Shown here in pieces: positions 61,868 through 64,000 of a stretch of 64,000 nt of DNA; the stretch's first letter is position 1, and every line of letters starts with the position of its first letter. The DNA lies in the NCBI GenBank assembly GCA_030141605.1, contig JAQGDQ010000105.1:555397-619396 (forward strand), in the 5' to 3' direction. Source of the DNA: Tubiluchus corallicola (Eukaryota; Animalia; Priapulida). The translations under genes and the position numbers were made by a program. The notes under the pieces are model-generated. The model made no database searches, had not been told where the DNA came from, and saw nothing but the letters and a program-made list of their open reading frames with translations.

Positions 61868-62621
61868 ATAGCAAAGGCCCTGCAAAAGATTTTGCGTATA
61901 AATACACGTGTAATCAATAATACGCGAACATCCTACCTAGTCCTCATTTATAACACAAAGCCCGTAACATCATGCCTACTGTTTGTTTAACTAACGAAAA
62001 CCCGTAGCGGGCAGCTTTTTGCTGAATTAAAGTTATAAGATTACAGCAGAGTACAATGGATGACGTCACAACAATAGCTTTGCGTCAGCAGTTTTCTAAG
62101 CGAAAATTCCGAAAAATAGAACATCTAATTAACTCGTCGGTACTCCTCTCAGTGGACGTGTCCCAACATATAGCCCACATCGTCGTGTATCCCCGTTCTT
62201 CCTCTTTCTAAAGAGCTATATATCTCCTTCCGAGAGTCCCACCGGGCGCCGCTAAAACGTTTTTCCCGCAGGCTGTTTGATCAAAATTTCGAAAAAATCG
62301 CGAGTTGGGTCCGGGAAAACGCCCGTTGCGGGGCGCCCTGGCCCTCTCGCGAATTCTAAATATGCCTACTACACCCACCGCTGAACGGGCTATCTATCCA
62401 TACCCAGTACCCCCCCGTTCCCGTTCTCTACATCTCAGCCGTATAACTTTTGCAAAAAACGGCCGAAAAAGGGCCATTTTTGGAGGTTTTTCGCCTCCCG
62501 TTCCTCCCGGTGGGCCCGATTCGAAAAATAAACCCCCAATGAGACGACACTAGATCGAGACCTTTCGTTTGATATATAGATCGCCGCAAACGGTGCCCTC
62601 GTCGAAGCTGTAGCCTCGAAT

Positions 62622-62667
<46 letters not shown>

Positions 62668-62701
62668 GCCCATACCAAGAATATTAATATAAGAGTATAG
62701 A
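61868..62701 (-). mobile_element. Helitron core copy 2 (834 bp, 3' end mutated to CTAT)
   Basis: Diverged duplicate of 59682-60469 with an expanded (TA)n at about 62624-62664. Ends CGCAAAATCTTTTGCAGGGCCTTTGCTAT. Confidence 0.85.
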
Positions 62702-63860
62702 TTGTTTATAATAAATGTGTAAATCATTGTTTAGTCAAAAGGAACAGAAAAATGAATAATGTGACTGCCACTTATTCTTAATGACCGCTTTTTCAACGAA
62801 GTTTACATTTTCGCAGATTAAGTTATAATTCTCAATTAAAAAGTTTCCCGACAAATTGAATGTCTCGATAGACGAATATTGACATTCCTCTTCCATGAAA
62901 TGTCATCGCGAAAATATCTGAATTCATTAAGTGTAGTAAAATGGAGCTATTGAACGCAACATAAGGAGAACCTAGAATCTAGTACGGGAGAATGGTCACC
63001 ATTCACCATTTTTGTCAACAGAATAAGGCAGAATTTTAAATTACGTTCGTCAGTTTGAGCATCTCACGTCAAAAGATAATTTTTTGACAAATAAACTATA
63101 CTAGATTTCGATCCCGCTGCAAGCATTAGCGTTAAGACCAACAGCTAAGTGTTAGGTCCCGGTTTGCACAGTACCAAACTACATAAAAAATGCGTGCTGT
63201 TGTGATCTGTTATTTCGAGGAATGCCTGCAGTTATTTTTACTTAGGGAATCATTAGCAATGGAAAAGTCGCTGTGGCGTTCCCTGCTGGATCATCCCTAC
63301 TCTATACTAGAGCTTGAGTGTTAGGGAAGATAAGAGAACGTCCATTATGAGGACATTAATGCGTCATGTTCGAAGGAAAGTGGTGCTGTAGTTATCCCTG
63401 CCGTGGTGTGATATCAACTCAAGAGTTCATTTATTGGACAGTGTTATATTCTTGAGTGTACGGACAATGAGGGTTCTCATAAATCATTTTTATCCAAAGA
63501 ACCTTCGCTGAAGTTGTGTATTGGTTTTGAAGGCTTGAACTTGTCAGTATTTTGACTTGTGTTTGACGTCTGTTGCAACGTCATATGCAATTGGACGACA
63601 GCTTGATTCACTGTGCTTGACAAAACATTATATTAACGTAAATCACTTCGCAAAAAATTATCGTTACCAAAAATTAATCACATAGTTTCTTTATCATTAT
63701 CACCTTTCTAACACTGACAGAACAGTCGTTGCAGCAACCGCTGCTCATGTTATGACCGTCTCCACAACTATCACCACCCCTACCCGCCATCATCATCATC
63801 GTCGATGTCGCAGATATCATCGCCATGATCACTAATGCCACCATCGTCTTTACCATTTTC

Positions 63861-64000
<140 letters not shown>

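Larger units (their letters stand above)
59682..62701 (-). mobile_element. Composite non-autonomous Helitron array (core-X-X'-core)
   Basis: On the minus strand it starts A|TCTATACTCTTATATT (62701) and ends hairpin CGCAAAA-TC-TTTTGCG + GGGCCTTTG + CTAG|T (59682). It sits between host A and T with no TSD. These are canonical Helitron hallmarks. No Rep/helicase ORF. Confidence 0.85.

Noticed and set aside
60321-61920. Long His/Thr/Pro-rich and Val/Trp/Cys/Gly-rich ORFs (up to 247 aa)
   Set aside because: Open in several frames on both strands because the (CACCA)n repeat rarely forms stop codons. They lie inside the Helitron.
59971-62553. Duplicated 82-84 aa ORFs (MGPGKRPLRGA...)
   Set aside because: They start at TTG inside the non-coding Helitron core and show no Rep or helicase motifs.

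Overview
AT-rich eukaryotic (invertebrate animal) genomic DNA. It holds one gene on the minus strand: a class C GPCR of the metabotropic glutamate receptor family, most like Drosophila mangetout (mtt/DmXR). I could build six GT-AG coding exons with consistent phases (47610-47444, 13142-12972, 11881-11725, 6100-5570, 4936-3611, 809-628; about 843 aa). I found no N-terminal exon, so it probably lies beyond 64000. The rest is intron, including one of 34.3 kb, filled with microsatellites and transposon debris: LINE 3' fragments, a tRNA-derived SINE head, MITE-like inverted repeats, and a Penelope-like remnant with a degenerate hammerhead ribozyme motif. A 3.0-kb composite non-autonomous Helitron at 59682-62701 shows four successive 3' termini, end-bypass capture, a hairpin-mediated duplication and a head-to-tail junction. 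I see no prokaryotic-type system. The best leads are the Helitron architecture, the receptor's altered ligand pocket, and candidate alternative C-terminal exons that would remove TQT motifs. Family assignments are from recalled motifs, not database searches.
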